Positions 1 through 13,668 of a stretch of 64,000 bases of DNA are shown here, piece by piece. The stretch spans positions 124,001-188,000 of the forward strand of contig NW_025767133.1 of NCBI RefSeq assembly GCF_003918875.1, in the 5' to 3' direction. Position numbers and translations under genes: made by a program. The first letter of the stretch is position 1. Each line of letters opens with the position of its first letter. Under the pieces are notes generated by a model. It was not told the origin of the DNA, ran no database searches, and saw only the letters and a program-made list of their open reading frames with translations. This DNA comes from Haliotis rubra (Eukaryota).

Positions 1-283
1 TTGTTATAGCTATAAAAAAGAAGTGGAAATTGTAGCCTCTAAGGCCATTGCCATTTTCAATAGCCATATTTAAAACCGAATAATGTTAGGTGAAGAATTC
101 TATTTTCAACATTGCCCGGAACACATCCGCCACATCTGAGTCTGAGGTGGTCGTGTGGAAAATATCAGTAATTACGACAGAATCACGTGACAAAAGCAGG
201 GTGTAAAGACGAGAGTGGCAGATGGCCAGCAGGAGATGGGTTGCATACCGCTTTGTAAAGTATTAAGGCTATGCCATGGCATG

Positions 284-418
284 TTAGTTTGGTCTTACGC
301 CGTTTTTAGTAATACTCCAGCAATTTCACGGCGAGGGACACCAGAAACGGGCTTCCCCATAATGTACCCATGTAGGGAGTCGAACCCGGGTGTTGGGCGT
401 GACGAGCGTACGCTTTAA
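284..418 (-). mobile_element. SINE family A, diverged copy
   Basis: Reverse complement matches family A body and tail (ttacgccg...gggacaccagaaa...cgtgacgagcg...cgctttaa). Confidence 0.85.
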
Positions 419-460
419 AGACAAGATCACGTCATCTCAGCATAAGGCCGAAATGACCAG

Positions 461-731
461 GCCCCGATTTCTCGAAACAAACTTAAGTCTGAGATTTGAC
501 TTAAGTTCGAATTTTTACTCAAATTTGAGAAAACGCATTTCCCAGAATGAACTGAAATCGAAATTAAACTCAAACATAGTAGACAAGTTGAGTTTGGTGA
601 ATAGAATACTTAAGTTGTTTGGGCTTTTTAATTAAAAAAATGCAGCTGAGTTCAAAATTCAGCTGTTTCAAATTGTCAAACTCAGTTTGAAATTTGAGTA
701 AAAACTTAAGTTTGTTTTGAGAAATCGGGGC
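461..731. mobile_element. MITE, PIF/Harbinger-like (CAG TSD)
   Basis: ~28-bp TIRs GCCCCGATTTCTCGAAACAAACTTAAGT / ACTTAAGTTTGTTTTGAGAAATCGGGGC; CAG at 458-460 and 732-734; no coding capacity. Confidence 0.85.
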
Positions 732-996
732 CAGGCCTCAAACGGTTAACACTGTTGTGAAACCCACTGTTGTGAGTACGGAGCACTAACAAGACATACA
801 TTCGGGGCACGATCATGGTTTTCTGGCCTGCCAATGGGAGGAGACTCTGTTCTTTGAATTGCGGCGCCTTATATGGCTGGGTACCTGTGTCACTTTACCT
901 TAAAGAGGGGATATATGGGAAGCCTAGTGGTTAAAGCTCTCGCTGGGAAAAGTTGCGTACCAGAAAGAAATGGCCCCGGTTATGTTTTCCAAGTTT

Positions 997-1157
997 NNNN
1001 NNNNNNNNNNNNNNNNNNNNNNNNNNNNNNNNNNNNNNNNNNNNNNNNNNNNNNNNNNNNNNNNNNNNNNNNNNNNNNNNNNNNNNNNNNNNNNNNNNNN
1101 NNNNNNNNNNNNNNNNNNNNNNNNNNNNNNNNNNNNNNNNNNNNNNNNNNNNNNNNN
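997..1157. other. Assembly gap (161 N)
   Basis: Run of N. Confidence 1.
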
Positions 1158-1270
1158 TAGCAATATTCCAGCAATACCACCAGATATGGACTTCACACAT
1201 TGTGGGGAATCAACCCGGATCTTCGGTGAGACGAGCGAACGCGTTAACCACAACGCTACCTAACCACTAG
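1158..1270 (-). mobile_element. SINE family A fragment abutting the gap
   Basis: tagcaatattccagcaat...ggggaatcaacccggatcttcggtgagacgagcgaacgc. Confidence 0.8.
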
Positions 1271-3039
1271 CCAAGGGCTCACTGAAGATCACTTCTAACC
1301 CGGATCATGAAAAAGAGTTGGAATGTAAACTGTACTCACAATTTATTCTCACAGTCTGAACCTAACGTAATGCAATGGACATTAATATAATTGCCACATC
1401 TAATCAAATGGAAACGCCCCTGTAGCTGAGCAAAGTTTATCGTGTTTACGTATTTAACCCTGTTACACACTAACTGTATGTGCCTTACTGAAACAGCAAG
1501 GTCCCAGGAGTATCATATGACAAGCATACATCTGACATTTGATAAAACCATTATTTAATTATAGGAAATGTCTCCTAAACGGAGATTCCATGGTACTGTT
1601 TTGATTATATCACTCATAAAACTGTAATGATGTAATGAAGAACTGAATCTGGTAATCGGGTAATCGAGACGCTTGCGTTGATGTTGACGTTGACGTTGAA
1701 ATACGTATTGACAATGATGTTGTATCCGATGGGGACGCCCCCAAATTTCACTGTACTTGTGTCAATAATATGACCCTTGTTTACAATATACCGTTGCATG
1801 ATATGAGTACTGTTGCGTGGCGTCAAACTGTAAATAAACTGACGTTCAAAAGAAAGTACACACCCGATTATTTGGTAAAATATTTTCTTGAAAACAGCAT
1901 TAATATTTAAAAAGTGTTTTGATTCTGTCTTGTCGCAAACATTGTGCAAGTGTTTCCAAAACACCACAGATATTGTACCCAATTACAACATTGCAAGCAA
2001 AATATTTACGGTTTTAATGGGAATAGTCCCAAAACACTAGGTGTATACTTTCTTATGTACGTCAGTATATGTACATAGTTTATGCAAATCGTGTGAATGG
2101 TGGGTGCTACCTGTAGGCCAGGGCATGCTTACCCTTGTCGCGAACACCTGGTGTCATCACTGATTTTCAGTGGTCCATTCAAAGGCATTTTACAGCTGTT
2201 TTCCCTTAACATAAAACTGCACCAATTTCTGCGGAAATATCTCACATGTGTCAAGGGCCAACGATTTAATCACTTGGCCAACATCCAGTGTTGCTCTTCT
2301 CTTAAATTCGGACCCTTATATTTTTCTACAGTCACCTTAATCCAACCTCTCGCACACACCCTTTTCTTTCCGGAATAGCGAATACAATTGTCGTTATCCG
2401 AAGCTCGAAACATGTTTTGCGTAATTTAGGTATGCGGTCAGAGAGAACGTCTTTAAGAAGACTCCGTGACCTTGAGAGGTCGTAGATCTTGATCGCGCTG
2501 AGTCGAACCCCGTCGTAAAACAATGAAGTTGATTCATGAACCAGTCCCAGTAACGGCAGCAGCGTTAGCCGACGCCATCTCCTAAACCAAATCAAATCAA
2601 TTAGAGGGACACATAACGAGCAGTCTACCCCGCTAGCTCTTGCGAATCGTGACCAAAATGATTTCACCCAACCTGATTTCCATGCCGTTACGTTTCTCGG
2701 GGCATTCAATTTCACATTGCACTGCCTCAGTCTGGATTCAACTGGCAGAACCGACACTCAAAACGAGGTTCTTCATCAACCGTCATTCGCGTTTAAACCC
2801 TTGACAGACGGCAGAGGGAACACAAATTATTCCAAGTGACAATATTGTCCTCTAGAATATTGATTAAGTCTTCACGAAAGTAATCAGCGAACAAAAATCA
2901 GCTTGTCCTGAGGCAACGACTTGGAAACTCAGGTCTGCCAGACCTCAATAAACTTACAATTAAGAATCAAATCAAAGGGTATTATGTCCGGATAGATTCG
3001 AAACGTTCGTGGTTTGATTACAGTGACTTGTTGACTGAA

Positions 3040-3795
3040 TTTGTAGTTTGCTTGCAATGGTTTTGTTGATGTGTAAATACAGACGAAGCTTGTAGTTTGC
3101 TTGCAATGGTTTTGTTGATGTGTAAATACAGACGAAGCTTGTAGTTTGCTTAGCAATGGTTTTGTTGATGTGTAAATACAGACTAAGCTTGTAGTTTGCT
3201 TGCTATTGTTTTGTTGATGTGTAAATACAGACTGTAGTTTGCTTTTGTTTAGTTGATGTGTAAATACAGACTAAGCTTGCAGTTTGCTTGCAATTGTTTT
3301 GTTGATGTGTAAATACAGACGAAGCTTGTAGTTTGCTTGCAATTGTTTTGTTGATGTGTAAATACAGACTAAGCTTGTAGTTTGCTTGCAATGGTTTTGT
3401 TTGTGTAAATACAGACTGCTTGTTGTAGCTTGCTTGCAATGATTTTGTTGATGTGTAAATACAGACAAAGCGTGTAGCTTGCTTGCAATGGTTTTGTTGA
3501 TGTGTAAATACAGACTAAGCTTGTAGTTTGCTTGCAATGGTTTTGTTGATGTGTAAATACAGACTAAGCTTGTAGTTTGCTTGCAATGGTTTTGTTGATG
3601 TGTAAATACAGACTAAGCTTGTAGTTTGCTTGCAATGGTTTCGTTGATGTGTAAATACAGACGAAGCTTGCAGTTTGCTTGCAATGGGTTTTTTTATGTG
3701 TAAATACAGACTAAGCTTGTAGCTTGCTTGCAATGATTTTGTTGATGTGTTTACAAATACAGACTAAGCTTGCAGTTTCCATGCTTGCTTGTATT
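3040..3795. repeat. 49-bp tandem satellite, ~15 copies
   Basis: Unit TTTTGTTGATGTGTAAATACAGAC(G/T)AAGCTTGTAGTTTGCTTGCAATGG; period 49 (3061 to 3110). Confidence 0.97.
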
Positions 3796-5634
3796 GGTAT
3801 AGTTGTGTGCTTGAAGGTACTGACTATTTTCATAACATTCTCAGAAATCTTTAGTTAATGGTGCAAATACAGACTTTTTTCGTAGATTGCTTGAGACCAT
3901 GTCGTTGATTGTGCAAGCACAGCCACTGTTCGAATTTTGCAAAAGACCTTTTAGTTAATAGCGCAAATGCTGATTTGGTTCGAAGTTTGCTTGAGGCGTT
4001 TTTGCTCATGGAGTAACGTTTGTTACGGGCAGAATATCTTTTCAGGTCACATGAAGACATCCATATGTATCTCGTGAAGGAGCAGACAAACGATTTTTTT
4101 CTGAAAACCCTTTAGCTATAACAACCATCATGTCCAGCCCGCAACTGATGTCTTTTGTCGAACGCAACACAAACGTATTTATTATGTATTTTCTTTACGT
4201 AAACCCCCCAAAAGATGGTACGGTAACAGATCCAAAAGGTTGAATTTTGGTTCCGAACCCATGGCAGGGGGATCCTGGTAACATCAGAACCACTTGGATT
4301 CCTGTACAACGTACGTTACGAGTGGTGACAACTAAAAGAGAACACTTAATACACGGCTTTTTGATCTCATGCATTTCATTTAATGTACATTCGACAGTTT
4401 TGAACAACAAACTTTTCAAAATATCCATTTTAAGACCGAAAAAACAACAACATAACATAAATGTTATATTGATATATGGTAAGGGAGGAAATTATTCACG
4501 AGAATCTATATCAGAACGCAATCATGAATGAAAAACATAATCAGCCTACGTGTTACGATTCAATAACGTTTCGTTTTCCGACTTCTGACATTTACTAATT
4601 TAATATTCTAATCAAGAAACATATCAAGTTACCTCCCTTGGAAGGTTCCAATGCTAATTCGAACACACAGCTGCGATGAGGATTCGGTATATATTTCAAA
4701 TATACCCAGTATAATGATAACTACTGATTTCCGATGCCTGAAAAATGAACCTCAATCCGGAAAGGGGATACAGAGAGGTTGATATCCGAAGTCAGATGAT
4801 GGATAACAAAGACAATGACAATGATGTGGATGAATTTGATAACCGAGGAAAATGTCACCGAAAACGGAACGTAATTAAAAGTTACCGTTACATATGCATC
4901 AGACTCAAATGCAATGACGTACAAAGTAAAACTGGCTCACAGGCACTTGACTTTCTAAAACGAAATAAGATCGCATTTCTTCATGAAACGAGAAACAACA
5001 ATTTCACATAAATGTTCTTGAGACACACTCGGGTAATACTATCGCATGCCATAAACTTCCGATATAAGGTTTCTTCAAACGTCGTGTCGACTCAATACAA
5101 TCCTCGTCACTTGACCCCTCAACATGCAAGGAAACTCTCCCCCATCGATCAATGTTTTGTGCCAAGGGGCAGGGAACCAATGAAAAAGCCCGAAGGATTA
5201 CAAGTATTTTAGTCCTAGTTTGTTCTTGTCTATGGGTATAAATTGTATCAGAATATATACCAAAGTGACACTCAGAAGGTCTCCGAGATAGTATATGTAA
5301 GTAACAACTGGCTGTAAGTGGCAACCGCTTTATATTTGGAAAAATAATAATGTTAACTGAGTGAGTGAATATGGTTTTATGCCACTCTTAGCAATATTCC
5401 AGCAATATCAAGGTGGGGTACACCACTGCCCTTATTGTTAACTGAAAGTAAGACAGATGTGGTAATAGCTTTTGCTATGCCCATAAGCGTGAACTTATTT
5501 AGAACTGACAACTCAGATATCCATTATTTGTTTAAGTCACGGTAGAATATACAAAACGCACGTAATCGTTTGTTTTGAAATATTTACATAGTTACTAGTT
5601 TTTATCTTTTGGCCACATACAAGATTCCTGAAAT

Positions 5635-6103
5635 GACTGGTGTCTGCATAATCACCCAATGTAGGCTGTCGACATACTTGAAAACATTGGGTGAAACGTT
5701 TTATGATATATCGCGTTTACATACGTTTGAAAAGAAGTCAACGTGGCGTATTGACCTTGAAGATTAGGTCAAGGGCACCCAAATCGACTGGTGTCTGCGT
5801 AATCCCCCAATGTAGGCTGTCACCAAATTTGAAGAGAATGGGTACAACAGTGCATGAGATATCGCCTTAACAGGAGTTTGAAAAGTGGTCATAGTGTCGT
5901 GGTGACCTTGAAAATAAGCTCAAGGTCCCCCAAATCAACTGCTGTCTGCGTAATCCCCAAATGTAGGCTGTCACCAAATTTGAAGACATTGGATACAACC
6001 AGTCATGAGATATCGCGTTAACAAGAATCGGAACGTACGTACGGACGTGCGGACTCTGCTGAACACATAGTCCCCCGTTCTGCGTTGCGGCGCGGGACAA
6101 AAA
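5635..6103 (+). mobile_element. HINE/DINE-1-like (Helentron-associated, pearl-type) non-autonomous element
   Basis: Three ~151-bp core repeats (5635, 5786, 5937) containing a TGACCTTGAA...TCAAGG hairpin, then an ACGT/ACGG microsatellite and a 3' TAGTCCCCC...GGGACAAAAA palindromic end. Confidence 0.75.
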
Positions 6104-8440
6104 TCGGGATGTCCTTAAGTCAGTTTGAGTAGTATACATACATCTGACGTGTTTCAAAAGTTAGCTGACGTAGTTTTTTTTCGAAAAGATTACTAATTCA
6201 TTTGCAATGACAAGAGCGCGTTATTCTTGGAACAAGACGAAAATGCCCAGACTCGATGAACAACCAGACTCTGATAGCAGAAGCCTTGCGACAAGGCTAA
6301 TTTGTACTGACACGTACAGACTCGTGTCAGCTCTCGTTGCCTAAGTAAATCAGTATAACGATGCCTATAATTACACCAGTATATGGGGGCAAATTACTAA
6401 AAGTACAGACGGTGCGTTCTCGCCTAATGATTCCGTAGAATGACCACTCCATAACGTCAAAGTCGCAAACAACGTTCATGGAGCCTACTCACACAAGCAG
6501 AAATTTCTAATCACTACCACTTCACGATTTATGCTCGATCCGGGCTGAATGGCGGACATATACCAGCCCTGTTTGAACCAAGTAAACATGAGATGTAGTT
6601 AGGAAACATTTCTGCCCTGGAGCGTTTTCTTGTGGCGCCATGGCGAAGAAAATCGACTGCAGGCATTATCTTAATGACGCTCAGTTTGTTACTTAATATT
6701 AGCAAATGTTGTCAAATTACATTACGCGAGACGACAATTATTCTTATGACCGGTGGACTGTACATCGATTAGTTAGTGTTAAACCAAGTCGATAACAATT
6801 TCTGCCTGAACCACTATATTTACATGTAATCGTATATTCCTGAGCACTAATTGCTGTAAACGGTTCTTTTGTTGTCGCATCATTTTCATTCAAGAAGGCG
6901 TGTTGGTTCAGCGTATTTTAAACTTTAGGACCAAAGCAAACCCCGAGATATGCCAAAGTCATAGACATAGTGATAAAAGAAGCAAATTGCTTCACATTCT
7001 CATTTTAATTCTCTTTGGGCATATTTGCATATCAAGGACAACGAAGACGGGTAGCCAAACATTTGCATATTTCAATTTCCGGTCCATCGCTAAGCATACC
7101 CGCTATTAATGTTGAAAGGAAGCGGAGAATTGACACAATTGATTCTGCTGTCCCTGCGCTTTGAACTTTGGTCAATCTCCATGTTTATTAGACTCTGCAT
7201 CTGGTTTTATCAATTGTCTCAATATTATTTGACCCAACACGTGTGATTGTAATGGCATGCTCGTCTGTCATAGACAGCAATATGATGTTTCTATCTTTAA
7301 CGTCACCGGAAGTCTCAGGTCTACGTCATTAGGGACTATTCCATTTAACGTTCTGGGGGTGGTAGGTTGCTTGGGGTTTTCTAACCGACAGGATATATTT
7401 TCGGGCAAAGCTTCAAAATATTCATTCTTTTGGATATGAAAAGGTCTGAAGAAGATTTTTCACATCTTTTTTCAGGACATATATGACCAGCGAAGAATAT
7501 ATGCAGATGTGTCTTTTTGGAAACATATTTTTCGCAAAAAATCCAGATCCCTGAATATCAACTGCAACCCTATGTCTAAGGCTAATACAGTAACTGTTTC
7601 TTATAGACAGCAGAGCTACAGATAACTTTTTGGGTCATTGAGTTATGTACTCGCTTGTGTTCATCTCAATTGGGTATCCTAACTTTCCTTTGAGTAACCA
7701 AATAAATTGTACCCACCTCACTCAAACTCAATTGGATATTTTGGCATTTTCCATTAATTGTAAAAATATAATGAAGTTTAAATGTTATTTATATTGGATC
7801 TGTAATATGAGAAACTATAAGAAAGAGTGCAAGTTGCCTAGTTCATGTGTTGAAATAGAACCTCTCAATATACCTCAGTCAGTTATTTTATCTATGCACC
7901 GGTACGCAAGCAAATATTTGACATTTTTGTGTGTACGCATGTAAGATCAAATATATTGAGTATTTACAAAAATTCAAGCGTACTTGTACGCAACAGACTT
8001 GATAAGACAAGGGGTTTTCACATAAATATTTGTGTCATTTACGCAGATACGCAGCTTATCTGTACCTCTACAGACATATACACAGGGGTCTGACTGGTGG
8101 AACTCAATATAATTCCTGGCTTACGCATTAAGTTCAATTTATTCTCTGCCTTTAACTATATTACCAACACTAATTTTACGATAAGCGATCAACTTAATGC
8201 ATTTTCGAGTTTCATTCGGGGTGATCTATATTGGTGAATTACGTGAGTGAGTGACGTGGTCTTATGACGTAAGTATTTGCGTCATTTCCATAATTCAAGT
8301 GCGTTTTCACGACATTGATCCTGGAACAGAAAAACCCTAATAGGCGACTTAGGGACAAGTAACCAACCAATGATCTGTTAGAAACACCATCATGGAAAGG
8401 ACGTCCTTACAAATAGGTTGAGTAAAGTTTAATCCAATAT

Positions 8441-8519
8441 ACCCCTTAAGATCCAGGTTAGTATTGATCTTCAGCAACCCATGCTTATCGTAAGAGGTGA
8501 CTAGCGGGATCGGGCTGGT
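8441..8519 (+). mobile_element. Family B 5' fragment, cut by a family A insertion
   Basis: aagatccaggttagtattgatcttcagcaacccatgcttatcgtaagaggtgactagcgggatcggg. Confidence 0.85.
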
Positions 8520-8683
8520 AAGTGAGTGAGCATGGTTTTACGCCGCTTTTAGCAATATTCCAGCCATATCAAGGCGGGGGACACCAGAAATGGGCTTTGC
8601 ACATTGTACCCATGCGGGGAATCGAATCCGGGTCTTCAGCTAGACGAGCAGACACTTTAACCTCTAGACTAACCCACCGCCCC
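8520..8683 (-). mobile_element. SINE family A
   Basis: Full head-to-tail match in reverse. Confidence 0.9.
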
Positions 8684-10315
8684 AGACCGTCGTAACGCTA
8701 CCATCGTTTTGTGAAACGGACCATAGTTCATTTCAGCGATGTCACCGTTGAGTAGTCTAAAGTTTAAAGACTTGTTCCAGCTCAAAGAAATGTTTGTAAG
8801 TTATTTCAGATCACGCCGATGGCCTGTGTAACTTTGCCGCAGTCTTACACATCAGAAAAGTCCATCATGCGATGAACGAATCAAAGAATCACTCAACTTT
8901 TTTTCTGAGACCGCACGAAACCAAGAAAGTTGTGCCTATTATGTATGAAAGATGTTTCTGATCAGACCTTTTTACACATTTAAACGATGAGGATAAAATA
9001 CGACCAGGTTACGCATTTGGATCAATAGTAAAATCTGGAAACCTGCCATAAACACAGGCTTCCACAGCATCGGATTATCCTCGTCTGGTTCCAACAAGTA
9101 TTTAGCAGGAACAACGTCTGTGTAGAAATGTAATGGCGCCGTGCTTGGCTAGCAATGGAACTGTCTAATTGGGTGGCATTGTCCACACGGAGAGAAGCAG
9201 ATAAGTCAAGGGGACCCAACAAATCAGCCCATCAATCTAAATAATTGAATAAGTGATGTAATTTTCCCCAGCAGTAAGAAGAGAATGGTCTATTTGGTTT
9301 GTCAGTGAGCAGTCTCTGGCACGAAGACGTCACCATCGAGGACAGAGAAAGACGATCTGTCAACATGCATTGTGTTGGACCATTCGACGATCTCCGGACT
9401 TCCTCCAGGGATAAGAAGGTCTTTCTGGGGCATTTTGCCTCGTCGGATAAAATCCAATAAAGTCTAAAAATATCTTTTCTTTGAGTCTGATGTATAAAGT
9501 TGAAATTTGGGCAACCGGCGTCTTTCGTAAGCTTGGCGAAGAAACACGGATAGCTGGTTTTAACTCAGTGTGAAATCGATGTGAACGGGGCAATAATTGC
9601 ATTATTTGAGCGTAAAGTGTGTATTATTTGTGTACGGGGATAAAACATCTGAAGAAAATCAGACAATTCCAATTCCAATGCGTTGAACCCCTCGTAATGA
9701 GGAGAAAAACGCGATGTTGGTTTCAATTCCCATTGTCATCGATGAATAGTTCGTATATCAGCGGAACTGTATTTCATTTAGAAGTTTAAAACTTCTTTCA
9801 TAGGCTCCCGTGAGCCGTCAATTTGTATTAACATGATGCTGAAGTCGTTTTTCTGTAATCTGAGTCGACCGAATGTGTAGCCGGGGCCATGCTGCAGCCG
9901 AAGACGTAGTCTCGAGCAAACAATTCCCGCGATCATCTTCTATGAGGAAGGTTAAATTGAATGATGCACGTGACTGCTCTGCTACAGAGACCAACGTCAG
10001 ACATTCCCTCAGGCCAAAGTTTCAGTATTCTTTACCATGGTATAAGTCCTCTTCACCGATCGCTGTTTCTGCCGCGTCTACTGCCCAGCTCGCGACTTCT
10101 CTACGAGGACATAAAGCGAAGTCGATGCAGCCACTTTGTTCATTGTGTAGACATCGATATTATCAGTGTTTGTTGACGGTGTCTCCATTTTACGGTTAAA
10201 CACTTTTGTAGTGTGTGAGTGAGTGTTATGTAATGCCGCCTTGGACCATATTTGTAGTTTTCCCCGGTGTATCAGATTTATGCGGGGAAACCCTCAGGTT
10301 CAGACGTTTACCCCT

Positions 10316-10558
10316 TTGGGTTGGTTCGTTGTTTTACGCCCCACTCAGCAATATTACAGCTATATGGCGACAGTCTGTAAATAATCGAATCTGGACAAGA
10401 CAATCCAGTGATCAACATCATGAGCTTCGATCTACGCAATTGAGATGCGATGACATGTGTCAACCAAGTCAGCGAGCCTGACCACCCGATCCCGTTAGTC
10501 GCCTCTAACGACAAGCATGGGTTACTGAAGATCAATTATAACCTGTATCTCCATGGGT
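10316..10558 (-). mobile_element. Family B short retroposon, near full length
   Basis: Reverse match to family B consensus with an AACC-type tail. Confidence 0.9.
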
Positions 10559-12921
10559 TATCACTACTTGCAGTCATGTGAGCTGCCGTGCCAGTAATTG
10601 AATGTACCAGAAACCCAAATAAATGGAGACGGATAGAAAAAAAATCTACGTTCTTGCCACGTTTGTACGTTCTGTCTATTTGTATACGTTTTGGGGTGAC
10701 AATTATTCCAGTTTTCGTTATTGCATATACATTTTTGCTATTTTTTAAATTAAAAAACAACATTTGCTATTAACCATACGTATTTTTTGTTACTTTATAA
10801 TTACTTCTTTTCATACTTTAGGTTATTTTATATACGTTTTGTAACTTTTATATATGTCTTTGCATTCTTTTCTATCAATTTATTTTATAAAACAATTACT
10901 ATCAATCATACGTTTTTATGACTTTTTACTTTGACATTTTATACTTTGTGTTTTCTTCTACATATTTTTGCAATTTAATTTATATATTTGGCGTTTTGTA
11001 ACAATTTCTGCCAGATACGTTTTTGTTATTTTTGTGAGATGGAGAAGGAACAAATGTGTCAGGATATCAAACATGTCCAGCCAACTATTGATTTTTTGGT
11101 AAAACGTCAGAGAAATTAGATTAAACATTCTAAAGAAACAACGGACTTTTGTGGTGCCTGCTGCCAGACATGCAATATGTTTACTCCGAAAGCGCCAAAC
11201 ATATACTTAAAGCCACAAAAATTTGATATTTACATCCATATCCATCATTTTCATTTCCAGCATTTACGCGTGTAACATAACATGAATACCACACAGGCCT
11301 TTTTATTACGATTATTATTCGTAATCGTCAGAGCTAAACTACAAGATAAATAGCGTCGAGGAAGAAATGAATTGAAAATACTTTTGTATATTGTGTTTTA
11401 TTCCCGTAACATTTCAAAATTGTTTGCGTTTTGCATTGAAATACGCTGGACGTTCATGCATTTGGAATCAGTTGAGTTTAACGCCCTTATGAGCGGTCAT
11501 ATCACGGTGTTTCAGGTCAACGTCGGGGAAAGCGCGATTTGATGCCGGTCTGACATGTTTACCATTTTGGTGAAACCCAAGATCAGGGGTTTGGTGCTGA
11601 CAAACCTAGTGACATCATCTGTGAATGATGCCATGTGTCAACCAAGTCAGCGAGCCTGACCACCCGATCCCGTTAGTCGCCTAGCTGGGTTACTGAAGAT
11701 CAATTATAACCCGGATCTTCACGGGTATCATTGTAAGAAAGTAATGCGAACATCAGAACTTGTAGTGTAGCCACATGGGTTATCACTACTTGCAGTCATG
11801 TGAGCTGCCGTGCCAGTAATTGAATGTACCAGAAACCCAAATAAATGGAGACGGATAGAAAACAAATCTACGTTCTTGCCACGTTTGTACGTTCTGTCTA
11901 TTTGTATACGTTTTGGGGTGACAATTATTCCAGTTTTCGTTATTGCATATACATTTTTGCTATTTTTTAAATTAAAAAACAACATTTGCTATTAACCATA
12001 CGTATTTTTGTTACTTTATACATTACTTCTTTTCATACTTTTAGGTTATTTTATATACGTTTTGTAACTTCTATATATGTCTTTGCATTCTTTTCTATCA
12101 ATTTCTTTTTATAAAACAATTACTATCAATCATACGTTTTTATGACTTTTTACTTTGACATTTTATACTTTGTGTTTTCTTCTACATATTTTTGCAATTT
12201 AATTTATATATTTGGCGTTTTGTAACAATTTCTGCCAGATACGTTTTGTTATTTTGTGAGATGGAGAAGGAACAAATGTGTCAGGATATCAAACATGTCC
12301 AGCCAACTATTGATTTTTGGTAAAACGTCAGAGAAATTAGATTAAACATTCTAAAGAAACAACGGACTTTTGTGGTGCCTGCTGCCAGACATGCAATATG
12401 ATTACTCTGAAAGCGCCAAACATATACTTAAAGCCACAAAATTTGATATTTACATCCATATCCATCATTTTCATTTCCAGCATTTACGCGTGTAACATAA
12501 CAGGAAATACCACACAGGCCTTTTTATTACGATTATTATTCGTAATCGTCAGAGCTAAACTACAAGATAACTAGCGTCGAGGAAGAAATGAATTGAAAAT
12601 ACTTTTGTATATTGTGTTTTATTCCCGTAACATTTCAAAATTGTTTGCGTTTTGCATTGAAATACGCTGGACGTTCATGCATTTGGAATCAGTTGAGTTT
12701 AACGCCCTTATGAGCGGTCATATCACGGTGTTTCAGGTCAACGTCGGGGAAAGCGCGATTTGATGCCGGTCTGACATGTTTACCATTTTGGTGAAACCCA
12801 AGATCAGGGGTTTGGTGCTGACAAACCTAGTGACATCATCTGTGAATGATGCCATGTGTCAACCAAGTCAGCGAGCCTGACCACCCAATCCCGTTAGTCG
12901 CCTAGCTGGGTTGCTGAAGAT
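10552..12921. repeat. Near-tandem duplication of ~1.15 kb (10552-11700 and 11774-12921)
   Basis: Near-identical copies offset by ~1222 bp; the ORF track shows the same pseudo-ORFs at 10588 and 11810. Confidence 0.97.
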
Positions 12922-13347
12922 TAGTTTGATGGTGTTAGGATTTACACCGAAAAGTCGAATCTAAAGCAATATAGATGTTGTCTACTCATAAAACGTGACC
13001 CTCTTCACCCTTAAGGCGGTATGATACAAATGTAAGAACGATGGCTTCCATCTTCTTTTGGAGAAGTTTCCCAGTATCTCTAACCTCTTTGTCAACATTT
13101 CACAGCTTATGGCTTACAGTCGAAGATGGGATTTTCCTGCGAGGCTTTCAAAGAGCGTTGTGCGACTTGCCCAAAGTTGACTTGTACCATGTGTTACCGA
13201 CTCCTTTCCGACTAGTTGACTTGTCTTTAGATGTGTTTGTGACAGTGACAAAGGTGGGACAGGATACGCTCACCTTTTCGCGAAAACATCAATCCATCAC
13301 TATTGAAAGTGATTCATAAACACAAGCTTATAGTGTCCAATAGTATC

Positions 13348-13476
13348 AGGTTGTTTAATGCCGCACTCACCCATATTCCAGCTATATGGCGGCGGCCTGT
13401 AAGTAATGGAGTCTGACCAGATAATCCAGTGATCAACAGCACGAACATCGATCTACGCAGTTGCGGATCCAGAGGG

Positions 13477-13516
<40 letters not shown>

Positions 13517-13668
13517 TGTGCCTGTGTTGGTGGGGGGCGCCCCACACCTTTGTTCTGAAAGCTTAATAAGTGACGTGAATACGAACTGTGTACCCCAACC
13601 CCGTCCCCCTTCCTCAAATAGATGTATCCGTCCCTGGAAGGCCAATTCTAACCAGGATCTTCACGGGT
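13348..13668 (-). mobile_element. Family B copy interrupted by a MITE
   Basis: Family B 3' part at 13348-13460 and 5' end at ~13640-13668, flanking the insertion. Confidence 0.75.
13458..13636. mobile_element. MITE carrying a (GT)n microsatellite
   Basis: Imperfect TIRs CAGTTGCGGATCCA / TGTATCCGTCCCTG; (GT)~17 at ~13480-13514. Confidence 0.55.

Noticed and set aside
873-1270. ORFs containing X runs
   Set aside because: Artefacts of the N gap.
1614-2757. 122-aa and 141-aa minus-strand ORFs
   Set aside because: No recognisable domain and no consistent exon chain; lengths are compatible with chance in 64 kb.
3040-3795. CRISPR-like regular array
   Set aside because: Units are contiguous with no unique spacers, no cas genes are present, and the context is eukaryotic. 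The same applies to the arrays at 18247, 27833, 34573 and 40570.
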